64,000 nt of DNA from Alphaproteobacteria bacterium (GTDB lineage: Bacteria > Pseudomonadota > Alphaproteobacteria > SMXS01). A model generated the notes under the pieces. That model was not told the DNA's origin. It made no database searches and was given only the letters and a program-made list of their open reading frames with translations. The DNA is taken from NCBI GenBank assembly GCA_016124315.1, contig WGNW01000060.1, forward strand, positions 18,615-82,614. The letters run 5' to 3'. Positions 19,005 through 28,009 of the stretch are shown in pieces. Both the position numbers and the translations under genes were made by a program. The first letter of the stretch is position 1, and each line of letters starts with the position of its first letter.

Positions 19005-21092
19005 ATGAACCGGGACCAGGCGGTGGCTCTCGCCATCCGGCTTGCCAACGACGGCAAGCTGGCCGCGGCCGAGAACCTGTCCGGGCAGCTCATCGCGCAA
19101 TTCCCCGCCGATCCCAACACCATCGCCATGCGGGCCTATGTGCTGCACCAGATGAAGCGGCCGGAGGACGCCATCGCGCTGCTGGAGGCGGCGGTCGACG
19201 GCAACGACAAGCTGCCGGTGTTCCACAGCAACCTGTGCGAGATGTACCGCCAGCAGCAGCAACTCGACCGGGCACTGCCCCACGGCCGCAAGGCGGTGGC
19301 GCTGGCGCCCAACTATCCGGACGCGCACAACAACCTGGGCATCGTGCTGTTCGAGCAGCGGCAGCACGAGGAGGCCGAGGAGTGCTACCGGCGGGCCCTG
19401 GCGCTGCGTCCGAACTTCGCCGAGGCGCTCAACAATCTGGGCAACCTGCTGCGGCTGCGGGAAGACGTGGCGGGCAGCCTGCACTGCTACGAGGAAGCGG
19501 TGCGCCTGCGGCCGGAATATGTCGAGGCGCTGACCAATGCCGGCAAGGCCTACCTGGCGCAGCGGCAGTTCCAGGCGGCGGACCGGGCGTTCCGCAAGGC
19601 GGCGGAGATCCGGCCCGAGCACATGGAGGCCCTGACGGGCATCGCCGCCGCGGCGAACGGCCTGGGCAAGAGCGACTACGCCATGAGCCTCGTCTCGCGG
19701 CTGACGACCATGTATCCGTCGAACGTCGAGCCCTATCTGCTGATGGCCCAGATGCTGATCGACGACCACAAGCTGAAGGGCGCCCACGCGGCCGCCCAGC
19801 AGGCCGTGGCGCTGGCGCCGGACAATGCCAAGGCGCTGGGCATGATGGGACGGGTCAAGCGCGAGATGGGGCAGACCGAAGAGTCCCTGGATTGGCTGCA
19901 GCGCGCCGGCGAGGCGGATCCGGAGGCCTCCGAGTTCGTCAACCAGCTCGGGGTCTCGTATCTCGAGCTGGGCGAGATGAACAAGGCGCGGGCCTGCTTC
20001 GAGCGGGCGATCGAGCTGGCTCCGGAGGCCCTGCGCATCTATGCCAACCTGTCCAATGCCAGGAAATTCACCGAGGCCGACGAGGACTACCAGCGCTTCG
20101 TCGCCGCGGCCGAGGGTGTCGAAAGTCTGCCGGTCCACGACCGGATCCCGGTCTATTACGGCCTCGGCAAAGCCTATGACGACGTGGGCAAGCCGGAGAA
20201 GGCCATCGACGCCTACCTCAAGGGCGCCAGGCTGAAGCGCGACGAGCTTACCTATCGGAGGGATGCGAGCCTTTACGTGTTCGACAGGATCCGCGAGGTG
20301 TTCAGCCGCGAGGCCCTGGAGGCAAAGCGCGCCGAAATCGCCGGTTCCGAAACGCGCGCGCCGATCTTCATCGTCGGCATGCCGCGCTCCGGCAGCACGC
20401 TGACGGAGCAGATCCTCTCCAGCCATTCGCAGGTCTTCGGCGCGGGCGAGGCCCGGGCGCTGTTCGAAAGCCTGACGGACGTGGTCGGCCGCGACTTCGG
20501 CAATTCCGTCCGCTTCCCGGAGGTCTTCCGGCTGATGACCACGGAGCATGCGGAGGCGATGGTCAGCCGTTATCTGCGGGAAATCCCCAATTGGGGCGAG
20601 CAGACGCCCCGGTTCACCGACAAGATGCTGTCGAACTTCTATTACGTGGGGCTGCTGAACGTCGTCATGCCCCGCGCCAAGATCGTCCACATCCGGCGCA
20701 ATCCGGTGGACACGTGCCTGTCGTGCCTCACCCGGCTGTTCCGCGAGGACATGCCCTATTCCTACGATTTCGACGACCTCGCCGACCACTACCTGAAATA
20801 CGCGGAGCTGATGGCCCACTGGCGGCAGGTGTTGCCCGAGGGCAGCTTCTACGAGCTTCGCTACGAGGATCTGGTGAGCGACACGGAGGCGCAGGCCAGG
20901 AGCCTGCTGGAGTATCTCGACCTGCCGTGGGAAGACGGCTGCCTTGCCTTCCACGAGAACAAGCGGGCGGTAAAGACGGCGAGCGTCACCCAGGTCCGCG
21001 AGCCCATCTACACCAGGTCGGTGGAGCGCTGGAAGAAGTACGGCGCGGCGGTGCAGCCGCTCGCCGACCGGCTGGCGCAGGTGGACTACTGA
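19005..21092 (+). CDS. TPR-repeat PAPS-dependent sulfotransferase
   Basis: About 10 TPR-like repeats (PNYPDAHNNLG, PNFAEALNNLG); 5'-PSB loop IFIVGMPRSGSTLTEQIL; RRNPVDTCLS; YEDLV; VKTASVTQVREPIY; no signal peptide; alternative TTG start at 18975. Confidence 0.93.
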   Translation: MNRDQAVALAIRLANDGKLAAAENLSGQLIAQFPADPNTIAMRAYVLHQMKRPEDAIALLEAAVDGNDKLPVFHSNLCEMYRQQQQLDRALPHGRKAVALAPNYPDAHNNLGIVLFEQRQHEEAEECYRRALALRPNFAEALNNLGNLLRLREDVAGSLHCYEEAVRLRPEYVEALTNAGKAYLAQRQFQAADRAFRKAAEIRPEHMEALTGIAAAANGLGKSDYAMSLVSRLTTMYPSNVEPYLLMAQMLIDDHKLKGAHAAAQQAVALAPDNAKALGMMGRVKREMGQTEESLDWLQRAGEADPEASEFVNQLGVSYLELGEMNKARACFERAIELAPEALRIYANLSNARKFTEADEDYQRFVAAAEGVESLPVHDRIPVYYGLGKAYDDVGKPEKAIDAYLKGARLKRDELTYRRDASLYVFDRIREVFSREALEAKRAEIAGSETRAPIFIVGMPRSGSTLTEQILSSHSQVFGAGEARALFESLTDVVGRDFGNSVRFPEVFRLMTTEHAEAMVSRYLREIPNWGEQTPRFTDKMLSNFYYVGLLNVVMPRAKIVHIRRNPVDTCLSCLTRLFREDMPYSYDFDDLADHYLKYAELMAHWRQVLPEGSFYELRYEDLVSDTEAQARSLLEYLDLPWEDGCLAFHENKRAVKTASVTQVREPIYTRSVERWKKYGAAVQPLADRLAQVDY

Positions 21093-21179
21093 TGCCCTGA
21101 ACGGGCAGGCGGGAGATACCGTCGGCCGCCGGGCGGTGCTATGGTGCCGCGGTCTTCCCTCATCGCCGCCGGCCGTCCC

Positions 21180-22517
21180 ATGACATCCCAATCCGACCCG
21201 GACTTTCCCGCCTCCTTCCTGTGGGGCGCTTCCACCTCCAGCTACCAGATCGAGGGGGCCGCCCGGGAGGACGGCCGCGGCCCGAGCATCTGGGACACAA
21301 GATGCCTGATGAAGGACCGGGTGGCCAACGGCGACACGGGCGACGTGGCCTGCGACCACTATCACCGCTACCCCGAGGACATCGCCCTGATGACGCGGCT
21401 CGGCCTGAAGGCCTACCGGTTCTCGGTCGCCTGGCCGAGGCTGTTGCCGGAGGGCCGCGGCCAGGCCAACGAAAAGGGCCTGGACTTCTACGACCGGCTC
21501 ATCGACGGGCTGCTGGAGGCGGGGATCGAACCGTGGCTGTGCCTATACCACTGGGACCTGCCCCAGGCGCTCGACGACCGCGGCGGCTGGACGGTGCGGG
21601 ACAGCGCCGGCTGGTTCGCCGACTACGCCGCGCTGGCCGCCTCCCGCTATGGCGACCGGGTCAAGCGGTGGGCGACGTTCAACGAGTTCGGCGTGTTCAC
21701 CATGTTCGGCTACGCCATCGACTGGGGCGCGCCGGGCATCACCGACCGGCAGGCGCATCTCCAGGCGATCCATCACGTCAACCTGGCCCATGGCGACGGC
21801 GTGGCCGTGCTGCGCAGCCTGGTGAGGGGCGCCTCCATCGGCGCCGTCCACAACGTGCAGCTGGTGGTGCCGGAGAGCGAGACGCCGGAGAACCGCGCCG
21901 CCGCCGCGCTGCTCGACGAGCACTGGAACCTGGCGTTCCCCGAGCCGCAGCTCCGCGGCCACTATCCGCCGCTGACCGCGGAGGCGATCGCGCCGTACGT
22001 GCAGGCGGGCGACATGGCGCGCATCCGCCAGCCCCTGGACTGGTTCGGGCTCAATCACTACGGGCCGATCTTCGCCAAGGCCGATCCGGCCATGACATGG
22101 GGCTACGCCTGGGGCGCCGCACCGCCGGACATGCCGTCGACGGACATCGGCTGGACGATCCATCCCGACGCCTTCCGCGACACGCTCACCATGCTGACCC
22201 GGCGCTACGGCCTGCCAATCTACGTGACGGAGAACGGCTGCGGCGGCAAGGACGCGCCAGGTCCCGACGGCAAGGTGGCCGATCCCGGCCGCGTCGCCTT
22301 CCTCGACGCCTATGTCCGGTCGATGCAGGAGGCGATGGCGCAGGGGGCCGACGTGCGCGGCTACTTCGTCTGGTCCCTGCTGGACAATTTCGAGTGGGGC
22401 GCGGGCTACGGCAACCGGTTCGGCATCGTCTATGTGGACTTCGCCACCCAGCGGCGGATCCCGAAGAGCTCGGCCGACTGGTTCGCCGCGCTGGTGCGCG
22501 CCGGCCGACTTCCCTGA
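21180..22517 (+). CDS. GH1 beta-glucosidase
   Basis: FLWGASTSSYQIEG, DHYHRY, YRFSVAW, TFNE (acid/base), YVTENG (nucleophile), WSLLDNFEW. Confidence 0.96.
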   Translation: MTSQSDPDFPASFLWGASTSSYQIEGAAREDGRGPSIWDTRCLMKDRVANGDTGDVACDHYHRYPEDIALMTRLGLKAYRFSVAWPRLLPEGRGQANEKGLDFYDRLIDGLLEAGIEPWLCLYHWDLPQALDDRGGWTVRDSAGWFADYAALAASRYGDRVKRWATFNEFGVFTMFGYAIDWGAPGITDRQAHLQAIHHVNLAHGDGVAVLRSLVRGASIGAVHNVQLVVPESETPENRAAAALLDEHWNLAFPEPQLRGHYPPLTAEAIAPYVQAGDMARIRQPLDWFGLNHYGPIFAKADPAMTWGYAWGAAPPDMPSTDIGWTIHPDAFRDTLTMLTRRYGLPIYVTENGCGGKDAPGPDGKVADPGRVAFLDAYVRSMQEAMAQGADVRGYFVWSLLDNFEWGAGYGNRFGIVYVDFATQRRIPKSSADWFAALVRAGRLP

Positions 22518-22521
22518 CCGG

Positions 22522-24255
22522 TCAGGCGGCGGAGGTGGAAGGCGCCGGCCGGAGCAGGACCGTCCGGTCGACGAGGGCCGACACGTGAGGCCGGTGGCCG
22601 AGGATGACCAGGGCCAGCTCCGGCATCTCCTGCACCAGCCGGGCCACCAGTTCCTGCTCGTCTTCGGGCTCGAGGGCGGTGGCGGCGTCGTGCAGCACCG
22701 CCCAAGTCGGCCGGCGCAGGAACGCCCGGGCAAAACCCAGCCGCTGCCGGTCGGCCAGCGAGAACACCTGGTCCCACTGGGCCACGTCGTCGATCCGGTC
22801 CGCCAAGCGGGCGAGCCCGGCGCTCTCCAGCGCCCGGGCGAGCCGCAGCGGACCGTAGCCCTGCGCCGGATCCGGATAGGCGATCACGTCGCGCAGCCGC
22901 CCCGGCCCGAGATAGGGATGCTCCGGCATGAACTGCACCGCGCCGCCCGCGGGTAACAGGATGCGGCCGCCGCCCCACGGCCAGAGCCCGGCGGTCGCCC
23001 GGAAAAGCCGGCCGCACGCCGTGGAGTCGCCGTCGATCATGACCCGTTCGCCGGGCTGCACTGCGAGGTCGATCGGGTCGGACAGGGCGAGCCCATCGGG
23101 ACTGCGCAGCACCACGCCGCGCAGTTCCAGGCAGTCGCCGGCCGGGACGACGTCGAGGCGTCCCGGCGTTCCGGGCTCGGCACGCAGCGACCGCAAGGCC
23201 GAGGCGAGTCCTTCCACGCGCTCGCACGAGGCGCGCCATTCCGCCGCTTTCGCCAGGTTGTCGATGGGCCACGACAGCGCCGCGACCACCTGGCCGAACG
23301 CCTGTGCAGACTGCATCAGCACCCCGAGGGTGATGCCGCCGGAGATGTAGCGGGGCGCGGCGATCAGGATCGGAAAGATCTGGTTGAGCAGCGGCCAGCT
23401 GGCCATGTAGTAGAAAAATCGCCGCAGCGCGGCCGTCTGCCCGTTCCAGGCCCGGAAGGCACCATGGAACAGGCGCAGGAAGCGGCGGCGCTCGTCGGGC
23501 TCGCCGCGCATCAGGGCGATGGAAAGGCTGTGGGCGCGGGCGTGCGCCATGCCGAAGCGGAAGTCGGCCTCGGCCGCCTGGCGCCGGTTGGCCGCCCTGG
23601 TGAGGGGCAGGCCGAGCCGCAGCGCGATCCAGGCGCCGGCGGCCGAATAAATCAGTGCGATCCAGACCATGTGCCCGGGTATGCCGACGGCACGGCCCCT
23701 CAAGTCCACCGTCAGCACGCCCGACACCTGCCACAGGATGTCGATGAAGCTGGCCAGCAGCATGGTCGAGTAAAGCGCGGAGTGGCCGATGTCGATGGCG
23801 TATTCGGTGGCGATCCGCACGTCTTCGGCGATGCGGCCGTCCGGGTTGTCGTGGCGGCCGGGGGCATAAGTGAGGGTGTGATGGCGCCCGCCTCCCATCC
23901 ATTCCTGGGTGACTTGGCGGGTCAGCCACCGGCGCCAGTCCACCTGGATGCGGCGCTTGATGCTCAGATGGCTGGTGGTGATGACGACGTTGGCGACGAC
24001 GATGACGGCGAAGACGCCGATCAGGGTGAGGAAGCGGTCGAGGGCCTTCTGCTCCACGGCGTCGAAGAAGCGAAGGTTCCAGATGTTGAGCGCGATGGCC
24101 ACGCCCACCTGCAGGGCGGTGAGCAGCACCAGGGCGGCGGTGAGGGTGACGGCCGACCAGCGCTCGCGCGACCGCCACCACGGACCGGCAAGCCGCCAGA
24201 ACGCGGCAAGGAAACTGAACCAGCCGGCGACGCCGTCTTCTCGCCCTGCCGACAT
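22522..24255 (-). CDS. SbmA/BacA/YddA-like fused ABC transporter with degenerate NBD
   Basis: DNPDGRIAED, EADFRF, AAPRY..G.ITLG.LMQ..QAF TMD motifs; NBD-like region with altered Walker A/B; SD ggaggag supports ATG at 24255. Confidence 0.88.
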   Translation of the reverse strand: MSAGREDGVAGWFSFLAAFWRLAGPWWRSRERWSAVTLTAALVLLTALQVGVAIALNIWNLRFFDAVEQKALDRFLTLIGVFAVIVVANVVITTSHLSIKRRIQVDWRRWLTRQVTQEWMGGGRHHTLTYAPGRHDNPDGRIAEDVRIATEYAIDIGHSALYSTMLLASFIDILWQVSGVLTVDLRGRAVGIPGHMVWIALIYSAAGAWIALRLGLPLTRAANRRQAAEADFRFGMAHARAHSLSIALMRGEPDERRRFLRLFHGAFRAWNGQTAALRRFFYYMASWPLLNQIFPILIAAPRYISGGITLGVLMQSAQAFGQVVAALSWPIDNLAKAAEWRASCERVEGLASALRSLRAEPGTPGRLDVVPAGDCLELRGVVLRSPDGLALSDPIDLAVQPGERVMIDGDSTACGRLFRATAGLWPWGGGRILLPAGGAVQFMPEHPYLGPGRLRDVIAYPDPAQGYGPLRLARALESAGLARLADRIDDVAQWDQVFSLADRQRLGFARAFLRRPTWAVLHDAATALEPEDEQELVARLVQEMPELALVILGHRPHVSALVDRTVLLRPAPSTSAA

Positions 24256-24366
24256 CGGCTCCCCGTCTCCTCCCATTTCCCGGGCCCCGCTTGCAGGCTG
24301 CATGGACTTGCGATGGGATGATACGATCTTCCTGAAAAGAAACGAGAGTTATCGGGAGGGCGCGAC

Positions 24367-25347
24367 TTGATCCTGGCAGGCGACATCGGCGGCACGCGAA
24401 CCCGGCTTGCGCTCTACGAGCGGCGCGGCGCAGCGCTTGAGGCCACCTGGAAGCAGACGGTGCTGAACGCCGGGCACGCCTCCTTCGCGTCGGCGCTGGC
24501 GACCTGCCTGACCCTGGCCGACGCATCCGTCAAGGCCGTGGTGCTGGGCGTCGCCGGGCCGGTGGAGGACGGCGTCTGCCGTATGACCAATCTGGACTGG
24601 GTGCTCGACGAACGGGTCCTGCAACGAGCGCTCGGCGCGCCGCTTGTCATCATCGTCAACGACCTGACGGCGGCCGCGACGGGCGTGACGCAGCTGCCCG
24701 AGGACAGCTTCGCCATCCTCCATGAGGGAAGCCGGCGCTGGGGCGACGGCAGCATGGCGGTTGTGGCGCCGGGGACGGGGCTGGGAGAAGCCGGGCTGCT
24801 ATGGGACGGCGCGCGCCACCTGGTGGTGCCGTCGGAAAGCGGTCATACGGATTTTGCGCCGGCGACGGCGATGGAATGCGAGCTGCACGCCTACCTTGCG
24901 GAGCGTTTCGGTCATGTCAGCTGGGAGCACGTGCTGAGCGGTCCGGGGCTGGCCAATCTGGCAGCGTTTCTGGGAGACACCGGGCGCGCGACGACGCCGC
25001 CGGCGCTCAGGGACGCGCCACCGGCCGACCGGCCGGCGCTGATCGCAGAACTGGCGCTCGCACGCGCCGACCCGCTCTGCGCGGCCGCCCTCGATATGTT
25101 CGCCTCGGTACTGGGCCGGGAGTGCGGCAACGCCGGGCTGCGCTACGTGGCGACGGGCGGAATCTGTCTTGCGGGCGGGATACCGCCGGCAATCCTTCCG
25201 GTCCTGCGGCAGCAGGCCTTTATGAAGGCGGTCGTCGCCAAGGGACGGATGGGCGAACTGGCGGCCACGTTGCCGGTCCGCGTCGCCATGGATGTCGACG
25301 CCGGACTGCTGGGCGCCGCCCATATCGGGCTCGCGGCAATCGGGTGA
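24367..25347 (+). CDS. glk: Glucokinase
   Basis: ILAGDIGGT, GVAGPV, TNL.W, VNDL, PGTGLGEA, SESGH.DFAP, SWEHVLSGPGL; TTG start after gggaggg. Confidence 0.92.
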   Translation: MILAGDIGGTRTRLALYERRGAALEATWKQTVLNAGHASFASALATCLTLADASVKAVVLGVAGPVEDGVCRMTNLDWVLDERVLQRALGAPLVIIVNDLTAAATGVTQLPEDSFAILHEGSRRWGDGSMAVVAPGTGLGEAGLLWDGARHLVVPSESGHTDFAPATAMECELHAYLAERFGHVSWEHVLSGPGLANLAAFLGDTGRATTPPALRDAPPADRPALIAELALARADPLCAAALDMFASVLGRECGNAGLRYVATGGICLAGGIPPAILPVLRQQAFMKAVVAKGRMGELAATLPVRVAMDVDAGLLGAAHIGLAAIG

Positions 25348-25362
25348 ACGGTCCGGCGGGCG

Positions 25363-25391
25363 CGTGATTTGGCGCAGGGCGCCAAATCACG
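25363..25391. terminator. Perfect 13-bp hairpin between convergent genes
   Basis: CGTGATTTGGCGC-agg-GCGCCAAATCACG. Confidence 0.65.
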
Positions 25392-25415
25392 GTGAGCCCG
25401 GGAGGAAGCGCCGCG

Positions 25416-26246
25416 TCAGCGCGAGAACGCGCGCTTGCGCAGCTTGCCGGCCTTGCGGGATGCCTCATCGAGAAGCGCCTGCGCCGACTTCGGGGAAATG
25501 GCGTCGCGGCTCGGCAGCGAGGGCATCATCTTGCGGGCATCGCTGGCCGACGGCAGCGCGGCGAAGGAGCGGTCCATCGCCTTGCGCGCCTTGTGCAGAG
25601 CGGACTTCGCCGAGCCCTGGCGGCGGCGCTGCCGGACCACCAGCGCGCCGGCGAGCGCCCCAACCGCGACGACTCCGAGGGCGATGGCGGCGGGGCGGCG
25701 ATATTCGACGACCTTGTGGCGGATGGCGTCGAAGCGGCTCTCGCGGCCGAGCTCGGCGGCGAACCGGTCGACCATGGAGCGCACCTGTCGGCCCTGGCGT
25801 TCGAGCAGGTTCCGGATGCTGGTAGGCAGGGGTTGCTCCAGCACCTTGTCGATGGCGCCCGCAAAGCCGGTTTCGCCGTGCACCACGTCGGCGATGATGC
25901 CGTGGTCGTCCTGCGTCGTCAGCTTGTCCTTGAGGTCGTCGAAGAAACGGTGGATCGGACCGGCGGAGGTAGCGTCGTCGTCCATCTCGATCCCCAGCGA
26001 CCGCAAACTCAGCTCGAGTTGGCCGGCCATGGCGGCACGGCGGCGGGCGATACCGAACAGGCGGGCCTTCATGCTGCCCGCGCCCAGGCTCTCGGCGGCT
26101 TCGCGGTAGCCCTTGGCACCGTCGCGGGCGCGCAGGTACCGATCTTCGAGCAGCTTCGTGGTCGCGTCGGATACGGCGCTCGAATCCACGTCTTCGGGCC
26201 TCGCGTCCGAGCGGCTGAAAACGGTCAACTTGTGGGGGCGGTTCAT
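25416..26246 (-). CDS. PA2169/DUF2383 ferritin-like four-helix protein with C-terminal TM and basic tail
   Basis: RDGAKGYREAAE, AGPIHRFFDDLK, V.HGE motifs; hydrophobic AAIALGVVAVGALAGALVV; SD aggagg. Confidence 0.72.
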   Translation of the reverse strand: MNRPHKLTVFSRSDARPEDVDSSAVSDATTKLLEDRYLRARDGAKGYREAAESLGAGSMKARLFGIARRRAAMAGQLELSLRSLGIEMDDDATSAGPIHRFFDDLKDKLTTQDDHGIIADVVHGETGFAGAIDKVLEQPLPTSIRNLLERQGRQVRSMVDRFAAELGRESRFDAIRHKVVEYRRPAAIALGVVAVGALAGALVVRQRRRQGSAKSALHKARKAMDRSFAALPSASDARKMMPSLPSRDAISPKSAQALLDEASRKAGKLRKRAFSR

Positions 26247-26279
26247 CGCGTACCTCCTTGCAGTGGGCTCAGTAATTAC

Positions 26280-26305
26280 AACCCCGGGAACCGCCGGAAT
26301 GTTCC
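26280..26305 (-). promoter_or_regulatory. EcfG-type promoter for the DUF2383 gene
   Basis: Minus strand GGAAC-N17-GGTT, about 35 nt before the ATG. Confidence 0.7.
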
Positions 26306-26363
26306 CGGTTGATAGCCGTGCGGCGGCGCCGCGCGCCGTCGCACACCGGAGACCCCGGCGGGC

Positions 26364-26876
26364 TCAGGCCGCGACTTGCGGCTCGCCGGCCTCGAGCAGG
26401 GTGCGCAGCCGTTCGCGGGCGCGGAACACGCGGGATTTCACGGTGCCGATCTCCAGCTTCAGGCGCTTGCCGGTGCTGGCATAGGACCGGCCCTCGACGC
26501 CAACCATCTGCAGGATCTCCCGGTCGCGGGGCGCCAGCGCGCCGAACGCGCGGCGAAACTCGTTCATTTCCAGGGCCTGTTCCTGGCCACCGCGGGTGCC
26601 CGGATCGTGCCATTCCTCCAGCGGCACGGAGGCACCGCGCCGGGTGCGCTTGCGCACCTCGCTGATGAACTCGTTGTGAAGGATGGTGAACAGCCAGCTC
26701 CGCAGGTTCGTGCCCTGCTGGTACATATGGAAGTTGCGCAGCGCCCGTTCCAGGCAGGTCTGCACGATGTCGGCGGCGTCGTCGGGGTCGTGCGCCAGCT
26801 TCTGGGCATAGCGGCGCAGGGCAGGGATGTGCTCTTCGAGACTGGCGGTGTCTTGCAGGAACTTTGTCCTCGGCAT
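26364..26876 (-). CDS. ECF RNA polymerase sigma factor (EcfG/ECF15-like)
   Basis: IPALRRYA..L..D..DAADIVQ, GTNLRSWLFTILHN, IGTVKSRVFRARERL; SD gagggg. Confidence 0.9.
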   Translation of the reverse strand: MPRTKFLQDTASLEEHIPALRRYAQKLAHDPDDAADIVQTCLERALRNFHMYQQGTNLRSWLFTILHNEFISEVRKRTRRGASVPLEEWHDPGTRGGQEQALEMNEFRRAFGALAPRDREILQMVGVEGRSYASTGKRLKLEIGTVKSRVFRARERLRTLLEAGEPQVAA

Positions 26877-27118
26877 TGGTAACCCTCTTTCAGGGCGGAG
26901 CTCCTCGGAAGGTGGTACTCCGCTCGTTGCTGATACCCTGCCCAACGAACGAATTGTGGCGGGAATCCGGCAACGTTTCGGTATTAGAGTGTTCGAGAAA
27001 TTTTTTCTCCCGGGCCTTTTGCGGCGGGGTCGTGCCGCGGCGGGGGCGCCGGTCCATGCAAGAAGCGCTGCCCGGCGGCGGGCCGGGCAGCACTCCTGTC
27101 GCGACAGCCGCGGAAGCG

Positions 27119-28009
27119 TCAGCGGCGGGCGGTTGCGCGCGCTTCGGCGGTCTTGTCGGCGTGATGGTCCTGCCAGTCGGACGCCTTGTCCTCGGCCCGG
27201 CGAATCTGCTCGTCGGTCATGTGCCGCGCGAGGGAGGCCCGGGCTTCGGCAGCCTTCCCGGAGCCCTGGCGGGCCGCCAGGGTGAACCACATATAGGCCC
27301 GCTCATCGTCCTGCCCGACGCCGACGCCGCGCCGGTAAGCTTCACCCATCGCCGTCTGGCCGGCGGAACTGCCGTTCCTGGCGGCCTTGCGGTACCATTT
27401 CACGGCGGCTTCCGGATCGGGCGCTGAAGCGGCGGCGGACTTGGCGCGTGGTTCGGGCCGTGCCACGACGGGTTCCGAGGATCCGCCGGTCGAGGCCAAC
27501 GTGATCCGGGCGTCGCCCTCCACCGGCGCCTCGGCATAGAGATTGCCGAGGGCGACCTGAGCGCCCTTGTGGCCGTCGGCCGCGGCCTTGGCGATCCACC
27601 TACGGGCCTCTTCACGATCCTTGGGTACACCCTTGCCGTGGAGGTACATACCGCCCAGCATAGCTTCGGCGGCAACGTTGCCGTTCTCCGCGGCGGTGCG
27701 CGTCCAACGAACGGCCTCGCCCTCGTTGTGGGGGAGGCCCTTGCCGTGGAAGTACATCCAGCCCAGCGCGGCCTCGGAGCCGGTATCGCCGTCGTTCGCG
27801 GCCGCAGCGCAATGCATCGCCGCGCGATCGTAGCGGGCCTCGGTCACGTATTTGCGGCACAGGACCGTAGCGCTCTCCATACTATGCGCCGGAGAATAAA
27901 GAAGACAGACCGCAGCCATCACCGGGACAGTCGCGCCGACTCCCAGAAGTCGAAGTTTCGGACGAGTTCGCTTCGTTGCCGTATCAAATTCCGAAAGCGC
28001 CATCTTCAT
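27119..28009 (-). CDS. Sel1-like repeat protein, probably exported
   Basis: Repeats ALGWMYFHGKG, MLGGMYLHGKGVPKD, AVKWYRKAA, AYMWFTLAA; exact start uncertain. Confidence 0.88.
   Translation of the reverse strand: MKMALSEFDTATKRTRPKLRLLGVGATVPVMAAVCLLYSPAHSMESATVLCRKYVTEARYDRAAMHCAAAANDGDTGSEAALGWMYFHGKGLPHNEGEAVRWTRTAAENGNVAAEAMLGGMYLHGKGVPKDREEARRWIAKAAADGHKGAQVALGNLYAEAPVEGDARITLASTGGSSEPVVARPEPRAKSAAASAPDPEAAVKWYRKAARNGSSAGQTAMGEAYRRGVGVGQDDERAYMWFTLAARQGSGKAAEARASLARHMTDEQIRRAEDKASDWQDHHADKTAEARATARR

Noticed and set aside
9067-21365. Very long minus-strand ORFs (9067..10896, 11032..13707, 16632..18854, 18957..21365)
   Set aside because: Antisense shadows of real genes, expected from high-GC codon bias; no family motifs. 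The same applies to most overlapping Arg/Gly/Pro-rich ORFs in the track.
26943-26995. Autoregulatory ECF promoter for the sigma gene
   Set aside because: Only imperfect minus-strand matches (CGAAC-N15-CGTT, GGATT-N16-CGTT); too weak to call.
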